From: Guillardia theta CCMP2712
Taxonomy: Eukaryota; Protista; Cryptophyta
DNA: 64,000 nt
Direction: 5' to 3'
NCBI RefSeq assembly: GCF_000315625.1
Contig: NW_005434509.1
Coordinates: forward strand, 1 to 64,000
Both the position numbers and the translations under genes were made by a program. The notes under the pieces are model-generated. The model was not told where the DNA came from. It saw nothing but the letters and a program-made list of their open reading frames with translations, and did no database searches. Below are positions 9,401-24,400 of this stretch, piece after piece (positions within the stretch are counted from its first letter, which is position 1; each line of letters begins with the position of its first letter).

Positions 9401-12400
9401 ACAGCAACAGCGTACTTGCCGCTTTGCAACTTTGTATGGACACACTTTTGCTTGCGCGATCCGACTTGATCGTTGTCGATCAAGACAGTCTTGTCCCACA
9501 CAAGTCTCGAGCCATCATCTGAATCCAAGCAGAGCTCGTATCTGCCTTCTCGCGACACCTCGACATGCCCTTCGATGATTGCTGCGATGTTGTTGTTGTC
9601 CAGTTTTGGCACAAACTGCAACATCATCCTGTTATCATTGTTTAATTGACAAACATGCGACGATCACCTTGCGGAATTCTTCAATTTTATCGAAGTCGAT
9701 GTAGGGGACTTGCTTGCTTGCGACTTCTGTCATCGTTGATACGTCCGGCATTCCAAATTCATACGGCAAATCGTTTGCTACAAACACTTTCATCAACCAG
9801 GCGGATTTAGCAGGTATTGGTGGGCCATTAGCAGACTTGCTGGGCAACAGAACAACTTCGTCGGATGTGTCAGGTCCCTTGTACGTGACCCGGACGTCAT
9901 ATGAATCATCTGCAGTGAACCAGTCGACTTTGACAGGGTAAAGCCCAGCAGCCAGATTCATCTGCTGTATGGTCAAGGTGATGTATAAATACACTAAGTT
10001 TACCTTCCACGCACATTTCTCGCTCTCCGCATGCACTCCCCCATTATTAATGAGCAAACTTCCCCCAATCCAGAAGTGCGAGCTGAGAAGACAGAACATC
10101 ATCATGATGATTTGTCGTTTTTCAATCATCAATCTCACCCGTCCTGCGACTTGGCACAGAAGTAATAGTTGCCAGCCTGTTTGATCTGCACCGTGCCATA
10201 CCATTGCGTCGCTGTGTTGGTGACGGTCGAGAGATCCGCGAAGTACTGCAAGACACGTGTCACGTGAGGTCCGAACGAGCACTAGGATAAGCACACCCGT
10301 TGCAACTGATCCATTTTGTGAAAATCGATGGCGGGTACATCAGCAGCTCCAAGAAACTTCAACACGTTCACATTAGGCATCGTCGTGAGCTGCGAATCAG
10401 ATTCGAACATCCGCATAAGCCATGCGGACTGAGTAGGAAGAGGAGGAGGATTCGCCCCGTCACTTCGGAGAGGCACGTACTTGTCGTCTGTGTCTGCCCC
10501 CTTGTAAGTGATTCGCATGCTTAGCTTTCCGCTCCCTTTGTAGTAGTTGGCATACACCTGGTAACATTGTTACACCTGCCCCTTCCCCTCCGCCCACAAG
10601 CTCGCGGAACCTCGTGGTTGCCTTCGGTCATGACGACAGCCTTGCACGACTCTTTCTCATTGTGGACACCGCTGTTGTCAACGACTTTGTCTTGGTCGAT
10701 CCATAAGATGGAGCCATCTGACGAGGACGTGCAAAAGGTGTAAGATCCCGGCATGCTGATCTTGAACTTTCCCCAGAGTTGCACGGCAAAGTTCTCCTCA
10801 GGAACATCCGGAAAGTACTGCTTGAAGTTGTCGAGGTCTTGGAAGTCGATCAACGGAATATGAACTTTCATTCCGTGAGGCTGGAGAGCAGAAACCTCAG
10901 GGATGCTCGTAAGGTCGTTCTTTGACGTGTAAAAGTTCATCTGTAGATCATGGGAGGGGAGAGGTTTCTGCTGAGACCCTGTGTCAGGTCCCTCATAGGT
11001 TACCACTAGCGTGGCGTCCCCATCACTTTGGAAGAACTTCACATTGATGAGGTGAGCTCCAGCCGTTAGGTCAACTGTTCCGCACTTCTCGACGACTCCG
11101 TGCTTGTCTCCATTACTTACAACTTCCTTGCCGTCGATGTTGATAAACGACCTTCCAGCTGCACGTCAGCACACTCGAACCTCTTTACGCGTGCTCTATA
11201 CCCATCAGACGATGAGGTACAGAACTTGTAAGAGCCCTCCATCAGGATCTGAAAATGCCCGTCTATGATACACACAAAGTTTTTGTCTGGTATTCCCGGC
11301 ACACACTCCCTGAAGCCAGCAGCGCTCTTGAAGTCAACGTAGGGACACACACCCTGCCAAACCCTTAGAGCCTGACAGCACAGTTCAAACAAACTTCCAC
11401 CTGTCCCACGTAGGTCAGAGTGGACACGTCTGGCATGTTTGCCATGGCGCTGTTGGCCTTGAAGATTCTGAGAGTCCACTTGGAAGGTTTCCCTGCTGTG
11501 ATCGTCGCATCGCAGACAAGGAGGCCAGCACGCATGCTTGGATGATTATCCCAGTCCAAGGGAAAGATACGGACGTACTTCGCCTTCACAGGAGCTGAGA
11601 ACTTGGAGATTACACGAGTGTCGGCATCATTGTTCCCCACAAAAATGCGCCCACACTCGACGTCGAACCAAGTCTCTCCATCAATACTGTACTTCACAGT
11701 AAATTGTTTCACCCTCTGCTGTCCAGGACGTCCCTGAGTAACAATGCCAGCGATCGAAGTGACATCTCCCGCATCAAGCTGCATCCACGAATTGAATCCA
11801 TCTGGCAGAAAACTCAGAGAGGAAAATAGACTGCGCTCCTGCTCACCTCCTTTAGTACTCGATGTTGCACTCCAAGCTTGTGGCGAGTCCAGTCGACCAC
11901 GACCATGTCCCTCGCCAATCTGACATGACTTGGATTATGAAGAATGCGACACAGAAAAGCAATACAGCGTCATTGGCGAAAATGTCTGAGTAACGATGAT
12001 TGGAATATTTCACATTGAATTCCACAGGCTGCACACCAGGTCAGGCAACCACGTCTCGCTGTCTCCCTCGGCATACTTCGCTGCAGGAGTCTTCGGACTG
12101 GGGACCCAAGACACACCCTGCCACCTCTGCCATTTTGCTCTGACTCAAAGCTTCCTTCCACACGCGAATCGACTGATGGCAACAGTTATCCCATGTTCAG
12201 CGCTCTCTTCAAGCCTCACCTGAACATCCGCGTCGGTGGCCTCAGAGGATTTCGCTGTGAAGAAGATCAAAGATGTCGGATCGATGCTGAACCCTTGTTT
12301 GTTGGATGGGTTGCCAGAGGCACACTTGTAGCCGTTCAAATAGAGAGAGACAGCACCTGTTCAGGGCGATCAAGCGAGTACGACAAGACAATCGAAACCA

Positions 12401-15400
12401 TTCGCTGATCTCGTGATTCCAAACTGATACTCTATCTTGGGAAAGACCATCCACGAGCACTCGACCTTAGCTGAGCCCGGCAAGAGCTGTGAAGTGCGCA
12501 ATAAGCAAGCACCTCTCAACGAAGATTTTATTCACCTTGTAGGTCCCGTCCGCGACGGATAGACTAGCATCTGGGACCCAGCTGCCAGACTGGAAGATCT
12601 GTGCAGTGCACAAGTAAGCAGAATGGTGTGGAAGCAAACCCCTTAGTCGTACCAATCGTAATCCGGAGGTCGAGGCCAACCTTGCTTTGATGAAGATGGT
12701 GTATGTGTCTGTCTTGCCAATACAAGCCTGCACCTCTCTCACAGAAACTCTACAACTTGTCACAAGCTAACCTCCGAGTCCAGCTCGAGTCCATTTCCAG
12801 CTGTCAACGAGTAACCGTCCTGTCACACACGTCAATCTTCCCCTCTGACATGTGGTTCACTTACTTTACTGAAGCTGCCAGTCTTTCCGCTGATCTCCAG
12901 CATAGGTCCGTTGGTGATTGATGTCAGACCATTAGCAAGCTGATAGTCAAGCTGCTGGTTCTTGCACTGCTTCTCACATACCTGAAACAAGAATGAGTGT
13001 AACCGCCAGCCGATCCAGCTGGAGAGGCACCAGGACTCCAGCACGGAAAGACGGGTAGGTGCTGAAGTCGTCAGGGTAGATGCGGACGAAACGACCCTCC
13101 AAGGGGACGCGGAAGTAGACTGGAACTTTGGTGGACTTGTCGGAATTGGCGATGAAGGACCTGCCGCACTCGACTGGTTTCCACTGGCTGCCATCATCAG
13201 AAATCTTGACGAAGAAGCTTTTGAGGTATTCATTTCTCGATGCACACCCTTGAATCATGATGCCTGTAATGGTCTGAACTTCACCCGTGTCAAGTTGAAG
13301 CCATTCTCCTTCCTGATATCCTTTCTTCTTCGTTGCCGGCACAAATCCTGCTGGAGAGTCCAGCATGCCCATCCCGTTACCCTGACCGACCTCGCTCTTG
13401 GACAGGCTGGCAGAGAACTTGTGGTGGCCGTAGTCGACGTTGAGCACTACCGATGACGAGCAAGGCTCCTCCGAGCGAGTCGCGAGCTTGCAATCACTCT
13501 CTTTGGCCATTTCTTCTTCGCTTAGTGCTCTACTCCACAGTCTTATCCTCCTTACCTTCCCGGCCGAAGAAGTCGAGGCTGAGGCACCTACTAGGAAGCG
13601 GACGTCATGAGGGTCGAGTTGGTATCCCTTCCTGAAGCTAGTCTTTGCGCTGCTGCAGAGGTATCCATTGAGGTAGAGCGACACTAGACCGTCTGCCTCG
13701 GTGATGCCGAATTGATAGTATTGTTTTGCGTTGATAATCTCTTCGCAGGCAAGGCCTTCGATCTTTGGATTCCACAGGAAGTTAGTGTTGACGAATGCAC
13801 CATCTGCCCCCCATGCTTTCGACCCTAAGATCTGCCGAAAGCTGCTGATGGTGTCAAGCTGGGCATCGATGATAGTGCTCCACGCCTCCGGCTTGATGCA
13901 CGAACCTTCATCCAAAGAGAGCCCCTTGCCCGCTGCAAACTTGTACGAGCCGTCTTCCATGTCGTAAGTGCCGTCTCCCCACTCAGGATTGAGCATTGGA
14001 CCTCCGGTAGAGGACTGAAGAGACATCTTGAATTCGTAGTCAAGCTTGTTGCCCTTGCAACTCGATTCGCACACAAGCAACCCAGCACGGAGAGCGATGT
14101 TGCCAGCAAGGGGGTAGATCCGGACATAACGAGCCTTGACTGTCCCTGGAAAAATAGTTTCAACCTTGGAGGTGTAATCAGTGTTTCCTGGAAACACCCT
14201 CCCGCACGCCACATCAGCCCACGTGTTCCCATCAAGGCTGACTCTGACTGCAAACTCTTTCACCCACCAGGAGGCGCCTGCTCTGCCCTGAGTGACAACC
14301 CCTACGATAGTCGTCTCGCTCCCTGCATCAATCTGCATCCACTCGCCGCTGTCTATCCCTGTCTGTGTCGACTTGGCGTACCAGCATGAGGGAGAATCAA
14401 GCATGCCCTCACCGTAGGTCTCGCCCTTGTCTTTATCTTGATAGATTGAGGAGTAGGTGTGACTATCGTAGCTCGGGTTCAAGATTACGTAGTTTGTACA
14501 ATTGTCCCCCTTGTCCGGCAGTATGCATCCACATTCCTTTGCGACTTCGCTCGGCTGCAAGGCCTTGCTCCAGAGCCTGAGTTGGTCAATGTAGCCGCTG
14601 GGCTGATTGTTTGAGCTGGACCTGAAGAAGTTTACTTCGCTTCCTAAGACTCCGACTTTGTTGATGACCTTGCTCTGGCTACACAGAAACCCATTGAGGT
14701 AGATAGACATCATTCCATTCTCGTCTCTTGAAAGACCGTACTCGTACCATGTGTTGATCTTGATCACTTCGTCGCAAATCAATTTGAGATTCACCAACTT
14801 CAAAGTGAACATCTTATCGACGTACAGGCCATCGTTATCCCAAGTGTTTGATCCCATCAGCTGCAGAGATCCTGCTACTGCTTTCAGCATGACGTCCATG
14901 ATCACAGTATAAGGGTCTCCTTTGATACATTCGCTTCGCTTCAGCTGCAAGCCTTTGCCTGTTGTGAACTGAAACGCTGTCTCCTCGTCCACTTCTGCAA
15001 AAGTTCCCTCGCCCCATGGTGTTGTCAACATTGGGCCACCGCTGGAGGAGATGAGGGCTTGCTCGAAGCCGTAGTCCAACTTTCCGTCTTCGCAAGGTTT
15101 CTCACATAGCAGAATCCCAGCGCGCATACCATATTGTCCTTTGGTCACTGACAGTAGTGGGTAGATACGGACAAAACGAGTCCTGATAGGGAAAGGAAAA
15201 AGATTCTTGACCTTGGTGTTCTGGTCGGTATTGCCTTCGAAGATTTTTCCACAAGCAACTGGTGTCCACTTCTCACCATCCTCGCTCACTTTCACTCCAA
15301 AATTTGTTACCCACCATCCCGCAGACAATCGTCCCTGTGTCACAACCCCTGCGACGCTCTGCACTTTCCCAGTGTCAAGCTGCATGTAGCATCCGTTGTC

Positions 15401-18400
15401 AAAGCCGACGGGATCGCCGCTCTTGCACAACCATGCATCTGTGCCGTCAAGCATGCCTGTGCCGTATCCCTGGCCAACAAGGTTGTTGTTCCACACCGAA
15501 GAATAGACGTGTCCGGTGTAAGGTATGTTTGCGATGATCGTTCCTGTGCATAACGAGTCGCTCGGCTGAAGGAGGCTGCAGCCAGAATCAGAGGCCATCT
15601 CCTCAGGGCTAAGAGCTCGGTTCCACATCCTGATTCTCTTGAGGTTTCCCGCGGTGTTGTACTTGCTATCTTTGTTGTGGAAGAACGACACGTGGCTCGC
15701 GTCCAACTTGAAAGAGTCGTGCACACCCGGTTTGCCTTGGGCACATAGGAAGCCTCTGATGAATAAAGATACAATACCATCGGAGCTCCGCGTTACACCG
15801 AAGCGGTAGAACCGATCTGTCAGCAGCACTTCATCGCAGGTAATCGCCAATGACTTGGGAGCAATATGATAGTTATCACCGACGTAGAGTCCATCGTCAC
15901 CCCACGCATCTGTTCCAAAGATCTGCTTCGGGCTGTTGATCGTGTCTACCTTGACATCAATAAAAACGCTCCATGCATCTGATTGCAAGCATGTGGACAC
16001 ATCCAGTGAAAGCCCCTGGGATGCAGCAAACTTGTACCAGTGGTTCTCAGAATCGAACTTACCCACACCCCAAGGCGTTTCAAGCATGGGACCATTGGTA
16101 GACGAAGTGAAGACTTCGTTAAACTGATAGTCTACCTCTCCGTGCTCGCAATCTTTCTGGCATAGCAAGATCCCTGCTCGAAGGTACGGCTGGTTGTTGG
16201 AGTCTTGAGGGAAGACCTTCACATACCGAGCAACGACTGGCTCAGGAAAGAGGATGTTCTCGATGGAGACTCCGTCCACATTCGCCGGAAAGATTCTTCC
16301 GCAAGCCACGTCAAACCAAGACGCGCCGTCAGTGCTCACCTTGACCGTCAGGTACATCACCCAGTGGTTGCTGTAGCCTTGTGTCGCAACTCCTGCTATT
16401 GTTTGAACTTTGCCGGCATCAAGCTGCATCCAAATCCCTTCCTCGTAAGGAGGAAAATCGTTGCCAAACTTCTTCAAAGAGGGGGCCCAACAGTACTGCG
16501 CGTTGATCTGTCCCTGTACCCATGTAGCCGTACCGGGAGCATTGCCGGCGTGGGAGTAGGTGTGCTGGGAGTAGGGAACGTTGAACAGGATAGTGTTTGA
16601 GCACTTCTTGTCTGAGGTCTCTGGCAGAGCACAACCAGCAATGGTCGCCATCTCAGCTTGAGTCTTTGTGGTTTTCCACATCTCAAGGCTTTCGATCTTT
16701 CCCTCGCAATCATAACCAGCTTTGCTGTTGAAGAAGGTGACGTCGTGTCCCGCGAGCTTGAAGCCTTCGAAGTTGGAAGCAGCTTTCTGTGCACACAGGT
16801 AGCCGTTCAAGTAGAGTGATACTACCCCTTCTGCTGAGCGTGTTAGCCCAAAGAAGTACCACCTGTTATCAAAGATCGTCTCCTCGCACACAAGCTCTGA
16901 GTTCACCGGGAACATCCTGAGAAATGTGTCGACAAAGAGCCCGTTGTTTCCCCAGGCGGAAGAGCCCATGATAAGACTCTTGTCTTTGGTTGAGGTCACT
17001 TGCATGTAGATGAGCAGGCTCCACTCCGACGGAGAGATGCACTTGCCCTCATCCAAGCTGAACCCTTGTCCTTTCGTGAACTGATACTGCCATACGTCAT
17101 TCACAAGCTCAAACTTGCCAACCTTGCTTCCTTCGTCCAGCATGGGCCCAAGGGTGTCCGAGGCGAACGACCCTTCGAACCGATAGTCCACTTCTCCTCC
17201 TTCACACTTCTCCTCACAGATCAGGACCGAGGCTCGCAAAGCAAAGATGCCATTGCTCGACGTCTGGGGGTAGATTCGCAGGTAGCGACCGAGTATGCTC
17301 GGCCAGAACAAGGTTGAAACAGCTTCCAATGCGTTTGTGTTTGCAGCGAACGTTCGCCCGCATTCCACTTGCTTCCACAAGTTCCCGTCTTCACTGATCT
17401 CAACCTTGAATGACGTCGTCCACCAGTTTGTGTTGACCTTACTTCCCTGTGTGATCACTCCCCTGATGCTGCGAATCTCCTCGAGGTCAATCTGCATGTA
17501 CTCCCCGACTTCTTGCTTGGAAGGAGTCCACCCGCGCACAGAGTTGAAGCGTCCGGTGCTGAATGCATCGTTGTTCTGGTAGATGGAAGAATACTCGTAC
17601 TGCTCGTCGCCCGCGTTGTATATGACAATGTCATCCTCGCATCCGTTACCCTCAGAAATTAATGTGCATTCGCATACAGATGCAACTTCTGTGTCCGATA
17701 GCTGCCTGTCCCACAGTCTGATTCTCTTGACCAAGCCAGAGGATTGCTGGTCGAACTTGTCTTTGAAGAAGCTAATCGAATGGGGCGAAAGCTTGTATCC
17801 TTCAGAGTAAGGGATCACTCCTTCAGCACAAAGATACCCGTTGAGGTACAGTTTTACGTTGCCATCAGTACTTCTTGACAAGACATACTGATAGAAAGTC
17901 TTTGCCTGCAGTTTCTCTTCACACTGAAGATTTCCACCAGTAGGAAACGTAAGGACTTTGCCGTTGACAAACAGGCCGTTGGAATCCCATCCCTCAGAAT
18001 CGATAAGTCGCTTGTAGCCATCCACAGAGTCCAAGGCGACATCCATGTAGATGGTGTAGGAAGTCTTGTTGATGCAGTGGTACTCGTCAAGGCGGAGCCC
18101 CTGACCCTTGGCAAACGCGTATCCCTGGGTGTCATCGAATTTCCCAAGACCCCACGGGGTTTCAAGGGAAGGACCTCTGGTGCTTGACCTAAAATTGTCC
18201 TTCAAGCGGAAATCCAGCTCGGCCCCCTCGCAAGGCCTTTCACACAAGAGGACTCCGAACCTGAAGGCGGGCCAAGTCTTGAAAGTGGCGGGGTAGAGGC
18301 GAATGAATCGACCTCTGACAGGAGAGCTGAACAAGACCTCCTTCTTGCTGGTACCATCTTCGTTGCCATCAAACACTCGCCCGCATTCTACTTTGCTCCA

Positions 18401-21400
18401 GATGCTCTCGTCGTCGCTTACCTCAATCTCGAATGAAGTCACCCATTCCGTAGCCGAGCCGCCCTGTATCACAATCCCTGGAATGCTCTGCACATCTCCT
18501 GTATCGATCTGCATCCATTCCCTGTCGTCCTTCTTAGATGGAGAAAACGACCCAGGCGAATTCAGCCTTCCTCGGGCGTTTCCAGTTCCCATGGCGGAGG
18601 AGCTCTTCACCGACGAGTACTTGACCTGATCGTACATGGCGTTAAGCACGATGAAGGCGTCGCATGGGGATCCTCGCGGGGGCAGGTAACACTTACACTC
18701 ATCCATCACTTCCTTGTTGTCCAGAGTTCTGTCCCATATCTTAATCTTTGCGACTTCTCCGCCTGTATTCTCAGACGCCTCGTCATGGAAGAAGGCGATC
18801 TCATCGAGATTCAGCTTGTAGCTGTCAGCATATGGAGGCTTGCCGGATTCGCAGGGGTATCCGTTGAGGTATAAACTCATCATTCCTTCCTCTGTCCTTG
18901 TGATCACAAACTGATACCAGCGACCAGGCTTGATTGCTTCGTTGCACTTGAGGCCAGATGTAGGCGGATATGTCATGAAGTAGTTGTTTACGTAGATCCC
19001 TTTGTCGTCCCAGCCATCGGAGCTGAGAATTCTTCGATAACCAGAGGTCTTGTCAAGCAAGGCTTTGATGTAGATGGTATAAGCGCTACTCTTGATGCAG
19101 CGGCCAACTGCTAGAGATAGTCCCTCTTCCTTGCTCAATTTGTACCCGTCCTCGTCCTCACCAAATGTTCCATCCCCCCATGCAGCCACCAGCCCGGGGC
19201 CCCTGGTGCTGGAGAGCAGAGTCCCCTTGAACTCATAGTCAAGCACGCCGTCCTCACAGGGTCGCTCGCAGACCAGGACTGCAGCTCGGAGCGTGATCTT
19301 GCCTTCCCATGTCTTAGGCAGGATACGGACGAATCTGCCCTTGACAGGGGCAAAGATGATTTTGACTTTAGAGTTTGAGTCCTCGTTGGCATCCCAAGTC
19401 CGACCGCACTCAACCGGAAAGAACTTCCGTCCGTCTTCACTCACCTCCACTTGCAGGGACGTGACCCATTGCGATGACGTTCTGCAACCCTGAGTCACGA
19501 CTCCAACGATGCTGCGAATCTCGCCAGTGTCGATCGTCAAGAACTCCTTGTCGGATTTGGAATCTTTGGGAATCCAACCATAGGCCGAGTTGAGTCGACC
19601 CTGAGCGTTGCCCGTGCCCACGTCTGATCCCTGATAGATCGACGAGTAGGCGATTTGCAGGTCAGGAGGGTTCAGCAGCACATGGTGGTCGCAAGGAGCT
19701 CCAGGGGCTGGAGGAGCACAGGCACATTCGGCAAGCACAGCCTCGTTGGAGAGCGCGCGGTCCCACAGCTTTAAGCTCCTCACGTACCCTGAGGCATCCT
19801 TGCTGCTGGCGTCATGGAAAAACCATATTCCTGACTCTTCCAGCTGATATCCGTCCTCATATGGCGGGCTCCCGGCTTCACAGAGCCATCCGTTGACGTA
19901 TGCTCGGACCTCCGCGTCTGCGTCTCTGGTGACCACGAACTGATAGGTGACGCCTGGCCGGATCCTCTCGTCGCACTTCACTCCCGAAGCCACCGGGAAG
20001 CTTTGAAAGAACTCATTGACGTAGAAGCCAGAGTCACCCCATGCGTCAGCTCCGATGAGCTTCTGCCAACCCGAGACCTGGTCCAGTTGAACTTTGAGGT
20101 AGATGGTGTACGACTTGTCCTTGAGGCAGCTGCTCTGCGACAGCGACAACCCCATACCCTCCGTGAAGTGATAGCCTCTCAGCTCGTCAAATGACCCCTC
20201 ACCCCACGGTGTCTTCAAGCTGGGACCCTTGGTGGAAGAGATCAAATTGTCTCGGAAAGCATAATTGAGCTCTCCTCCCTCACACGGACGTTCGCAAAGA
20301 AGAAGTGCAGCTCGCATCGACATGTGGCCCTGCCAGTCGAGGGGATAAATCCTAACAAAGCGTCCTAGGACAGGACTAGTAAACACAGCGAAGACCTTGG
20401 TGTCCCTGTCGGAGTTGCCGTCGAAGATTCTTCCGCACTCGACCTCCACCCACTTTTGCCCGTCATCACTGATTTCAACATCAAACAATGTCACTCGCTG
20501 GTCCATGTCATGTCTCCCTTGCACCACAACGCCTGCTATGCTCTGCACCTCTCCTCCATCGATCTGCATCCACTCACCGATGTTTTTACCCTTTGCGCTC
20601 CATCCCTGCGGCGATCGCAGTCTTCCCCTACCATGGCCCACACCTATGTTGTCATTGTCGAAAACACTTGAGTAGCTGTAACTATAGTCAGGAGGTGCCA
20701 TGATGATGTACTGAGAACAAGGTTTTCCAAACTTTGCAAGGGTACATCCGCAATAAGTTGCCATCTCGACTTCCGACAGCTCTTTGTCAAACAGTCTCAA
20801 CCTCTTGATAGATCCTGCGCTGTCTTCGGCTCCATCGTCATGGAAGAAGTCCATCCAGTTACTGCTCAGCTCGAATTTGTCGCTGAACAATGGTTCGCCA
20901 CTTGCACACTTGGCTCCATGAAGGAACAGTGAGATTTCGCCAGTAGCACTACGAGTCATTCCAATCTTGTACATCTGATCTGGGCGGATGACCTCCGAAC
21001 AACGGACGTTGGACGTCTTGGGGAACAGCTGGAGTTGTTCGTTGACATAAAGACCGTTATCATCCCATCCATCAGAGGACAGCAGCCTCACCCATCCTTG
21101 CGTCTCCTCCAGCGATACCTCCATGATCACACTGTACGCTTTCCCCACAAGACAGCGCGACTGCTCCAACCTGAAGCCTTTGCCTTGACGGAAGATGTAA
21201 GGCCCTTCAGGCCCTTCGAATGTGCCCTCCCCCCAGCGTGGGTTTAGTGAGGGACCCTTGGTGTCAGACATGAAAGACATGGCGAACCTATAGTCTAGCT
21301 CTCCTCCTTCACACGGTCGCTCACAAAGCAAGACGCCAGCTCTCATTGACATGTGCTTGTCGAAAGTTTGCGGCTCGATCATGACGTATCGCCCTCGAGC

Positions 21401-24400
21401 AGGGTAGTCGAAAACTGTTTTCACCTTGGTGTCTCTGTCACTGTTGCCTTTGAAGATTCTGCCACAATGCACATCGTCCCACTGAATGCCATCAGCACTC
21501 ACAAGAACCTTGAAGGACGTGACCCACTGATCTTCATCGTGTCTTCCTTGCGTTATGACCCCGGAGATGCTCTGGATGCTTCCTGTATCAAGGACCATAA
21601 ACTCTCCGGGCTTGTTCTCGGCTGCGCTCCATGCCTGCTTCGAGTTGAGCCTTCCTCGTCCATGCCCAACTCCTGGCTTATCTTTGGACCACACTGACGA
21701 GTAGGTTATCATTTCATTGAGGGGAACAAATGTGATGGTGTTGTCACACTTCGCACCAGGCTCAGGGAGCCGACAGTTGCACAACATTGCGATCTCTTTG
21801 TCGCTTAGCAGCTGCTTCCATAGATGGATTCGACTCACTTTCCCTGCCAGCTTGGCATCAGATTCATCGTGGAAGAACTCCACCTCTTGAGGATCCAAAT
21901 CAAAATTGTTGTTGATTCCCGGTGTTCCCTTGGCACAAACTTCGCCGTTGAGATACAATTTGATCTCGCCCTGGGCACTGCGGGAAATGCCAAAAGTGTA
22001 CACAACGTTGGGTAGAATGTGTTCAATGCACTGAATATTCAAGGAGCTGGGGTAGAGCTGATACTGGTCATTCACAAATACTCCACTGTCACCCCAACCC
22101 TTCGAATTGATGATTCGTTGCCAGCCGGTTGTTGTATCAAGACTAGCCGTGATAAGCATGGTCCATACATGTCCCGTAACACATGAGCTCCGGTCTAGTT
22201 TGAGTCCCTTCCCACCAGAGAACTGATAGGGACCCTGGTTACCTATGAAAGTCCCTTCCCCCCAAACAGGGTCAAGAGAAGGGCCAAAGGTTGAAGAGGA
22301 GAACTCTTCCTTGAAATGAAAGTCAAGTTCCCCATTAATGCAAGGCTTCTCACAGACTATCAAGCCTGCTCGCATGCACATCGACCCTTTGAAGCTCCAC
22401 GGGATTATGCGGATATATCGAGCATCAACAGGAAATGGGAACATCTGCTTCACTTTGGTGTTCCTGTCATTGTTTGCTGTAAAGTACTTCCCGCAGAAAC
22501 CATCTTGCCACGCCTGTCCATCGTCTGAAACTTGAACTTTGAAGCCGGTGACCCACGACTCTGCGTCCTTTTTCCCTCGCACAACAACCCCGACGATGGT
22601 TTGCACTGAACCTGTATCCATCTGCATGTATGCCCCAACTTTCTTTGTACCCGAACACCAAGCTGCCTCAGAAGTGAGCTTTCCTCTGCCATTTCCTTCG
22701 CCCGGCTCATCGCCATTGAGAACATGAGAGTAGACAGTACGAGGAGCGCTGACGGTCATGGAAACTGTGTTATCACACGCAGTTGCTTTGGGAAGTTCGA
22801 CGCACTTGGCTGCTTCTCGCGCCTCATCCACTGAAAGAGTCTTATTCATCATCTTAACTTGCTTCAGATCTCCTTGCGGAGCACTATTAGAATTGCCATG
22901 GAAAAAGTTGACATCGTGGGGATTAAGCGCAAAGTTGTCAGCGATGTCAGGCTTGCCTGATCCACATCTAAACACAAACATTAAGGAATGACACATCAAC
23001 AGCTGGACTCACAGATTTCCGTTGAGAAACAATTGTACAGTCCCATCTTTGCTGCGGGTCAACATGATCTTGTACCAGACTTCTGGCAGAATCGGCTCGA
23101 TGCACTTTATCCCACAGTTGGGATAGAGCATGATGTTGGATCCGCGCAAGTAGAGCCCGCTCGTGTCCCACCCCTGGGAGTCGAGAATCTTGACATCTCT
23201 GAGGTGTAATCAGCATCAGCCACATACCTTCAGCGCACTCAGAGCCTTACCCGTCAACTTGGTCGAAGCGCACATCAAGGAGGATGGAGTACTGGAAGGG
23301 GTTCATGCTTCTGCCAGGGTCTGCTGCAAGACCTGCACCATTGGCGAAATGATAACCATCCTCTGAGCTAGCTTTTCCTTTCCCCCACGGCTCTTCCAGT
23401 GCGGTCCCACCTTTACGAGCATCGATGGAGGTGCCTGGTTTCCAATCAAGTACGCCTCCCTTTGGAGGGGGAGGCTTTGGAATGGTGCCAGCGGTACCCC
23501 TACAGCAGACGCCGATGTCATCGTCATGAGTGCATTGTGTATCTCCCCATTCGGAGCGATGACAACCGATGATGTCTCGCTCGAACCCGATGCACTGGAC
23601 ATCTGACAACCATATGGGAGAAGTATCCTCGGAGTTTGCTTTGCAGCCTCCATATTTGGTCTGCAAGGAACATTTGGTCTTGCTCACACCGCCCTCAGCA
23701 AAACCAAGAGACTTGCAAATGGCGTTGGCTGATTCACTTCCAAAGTCTTTGTCACAAACTGTACCCCAGACGCCCTCGTGCAGAACTTCCAAACGACAAG
23801 CGAAGCGAGAGCAGTCGACAAGTCTTACCTTGGTCTTTGATGTGAAACTGTCAGTCTCTGCTACTCCTGACTTTGCCTCTTCCATTTCCTCTTCAGCGCC
23901 AGGTGTTTCTGTCGAAGGACATCGAGGAAAGTAGCTTGGTCCACGCCTCGTCCCCTTGAGGCCTCTAGCAGCTCCATAGCAGCAAATGCCGACATCATCA
24001 CCATGAGCACAGTCATTAGCTCCCCACTGACTGTGCTTGCAGTCACCAACGTCCCCTTCTGTCCCCTCACAGTCAACGTTGGAAAGCCATACCATTCCAG
24101 AGCCTCCGCCTTTCTTGGGATTCAAAGCTGCAAGGTCCTCGAAACCAAACATAGAACAAATGCTGTCAGCACTTTCTGCGTCCATTCCTTTGCTGCAGAC
24201 AGAGCCCCACTCGTCTTCGAACAAAACCTCTAGACGGCAACCTCTGCTGCTGCAGTCCACAAGCCGCATGGTATCGGTAGATGCCGCAGGGCAGTCATAC
24301 TTGGACGCAACCCATTTTTCCTTGTTTCCTGGAGGCCCCTCAGGGCCTCGAATGCCTGCAATTCCTGCAATACCAGGCGGACCTTCATGAAATATAAGAA

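Noticed and set aside
12974-22999. The 3341-aa ORF as a stand-alone gene
   Set aside because: Both ends run into intron-like sequence, and the domain series continues in flanking exons on both sides.
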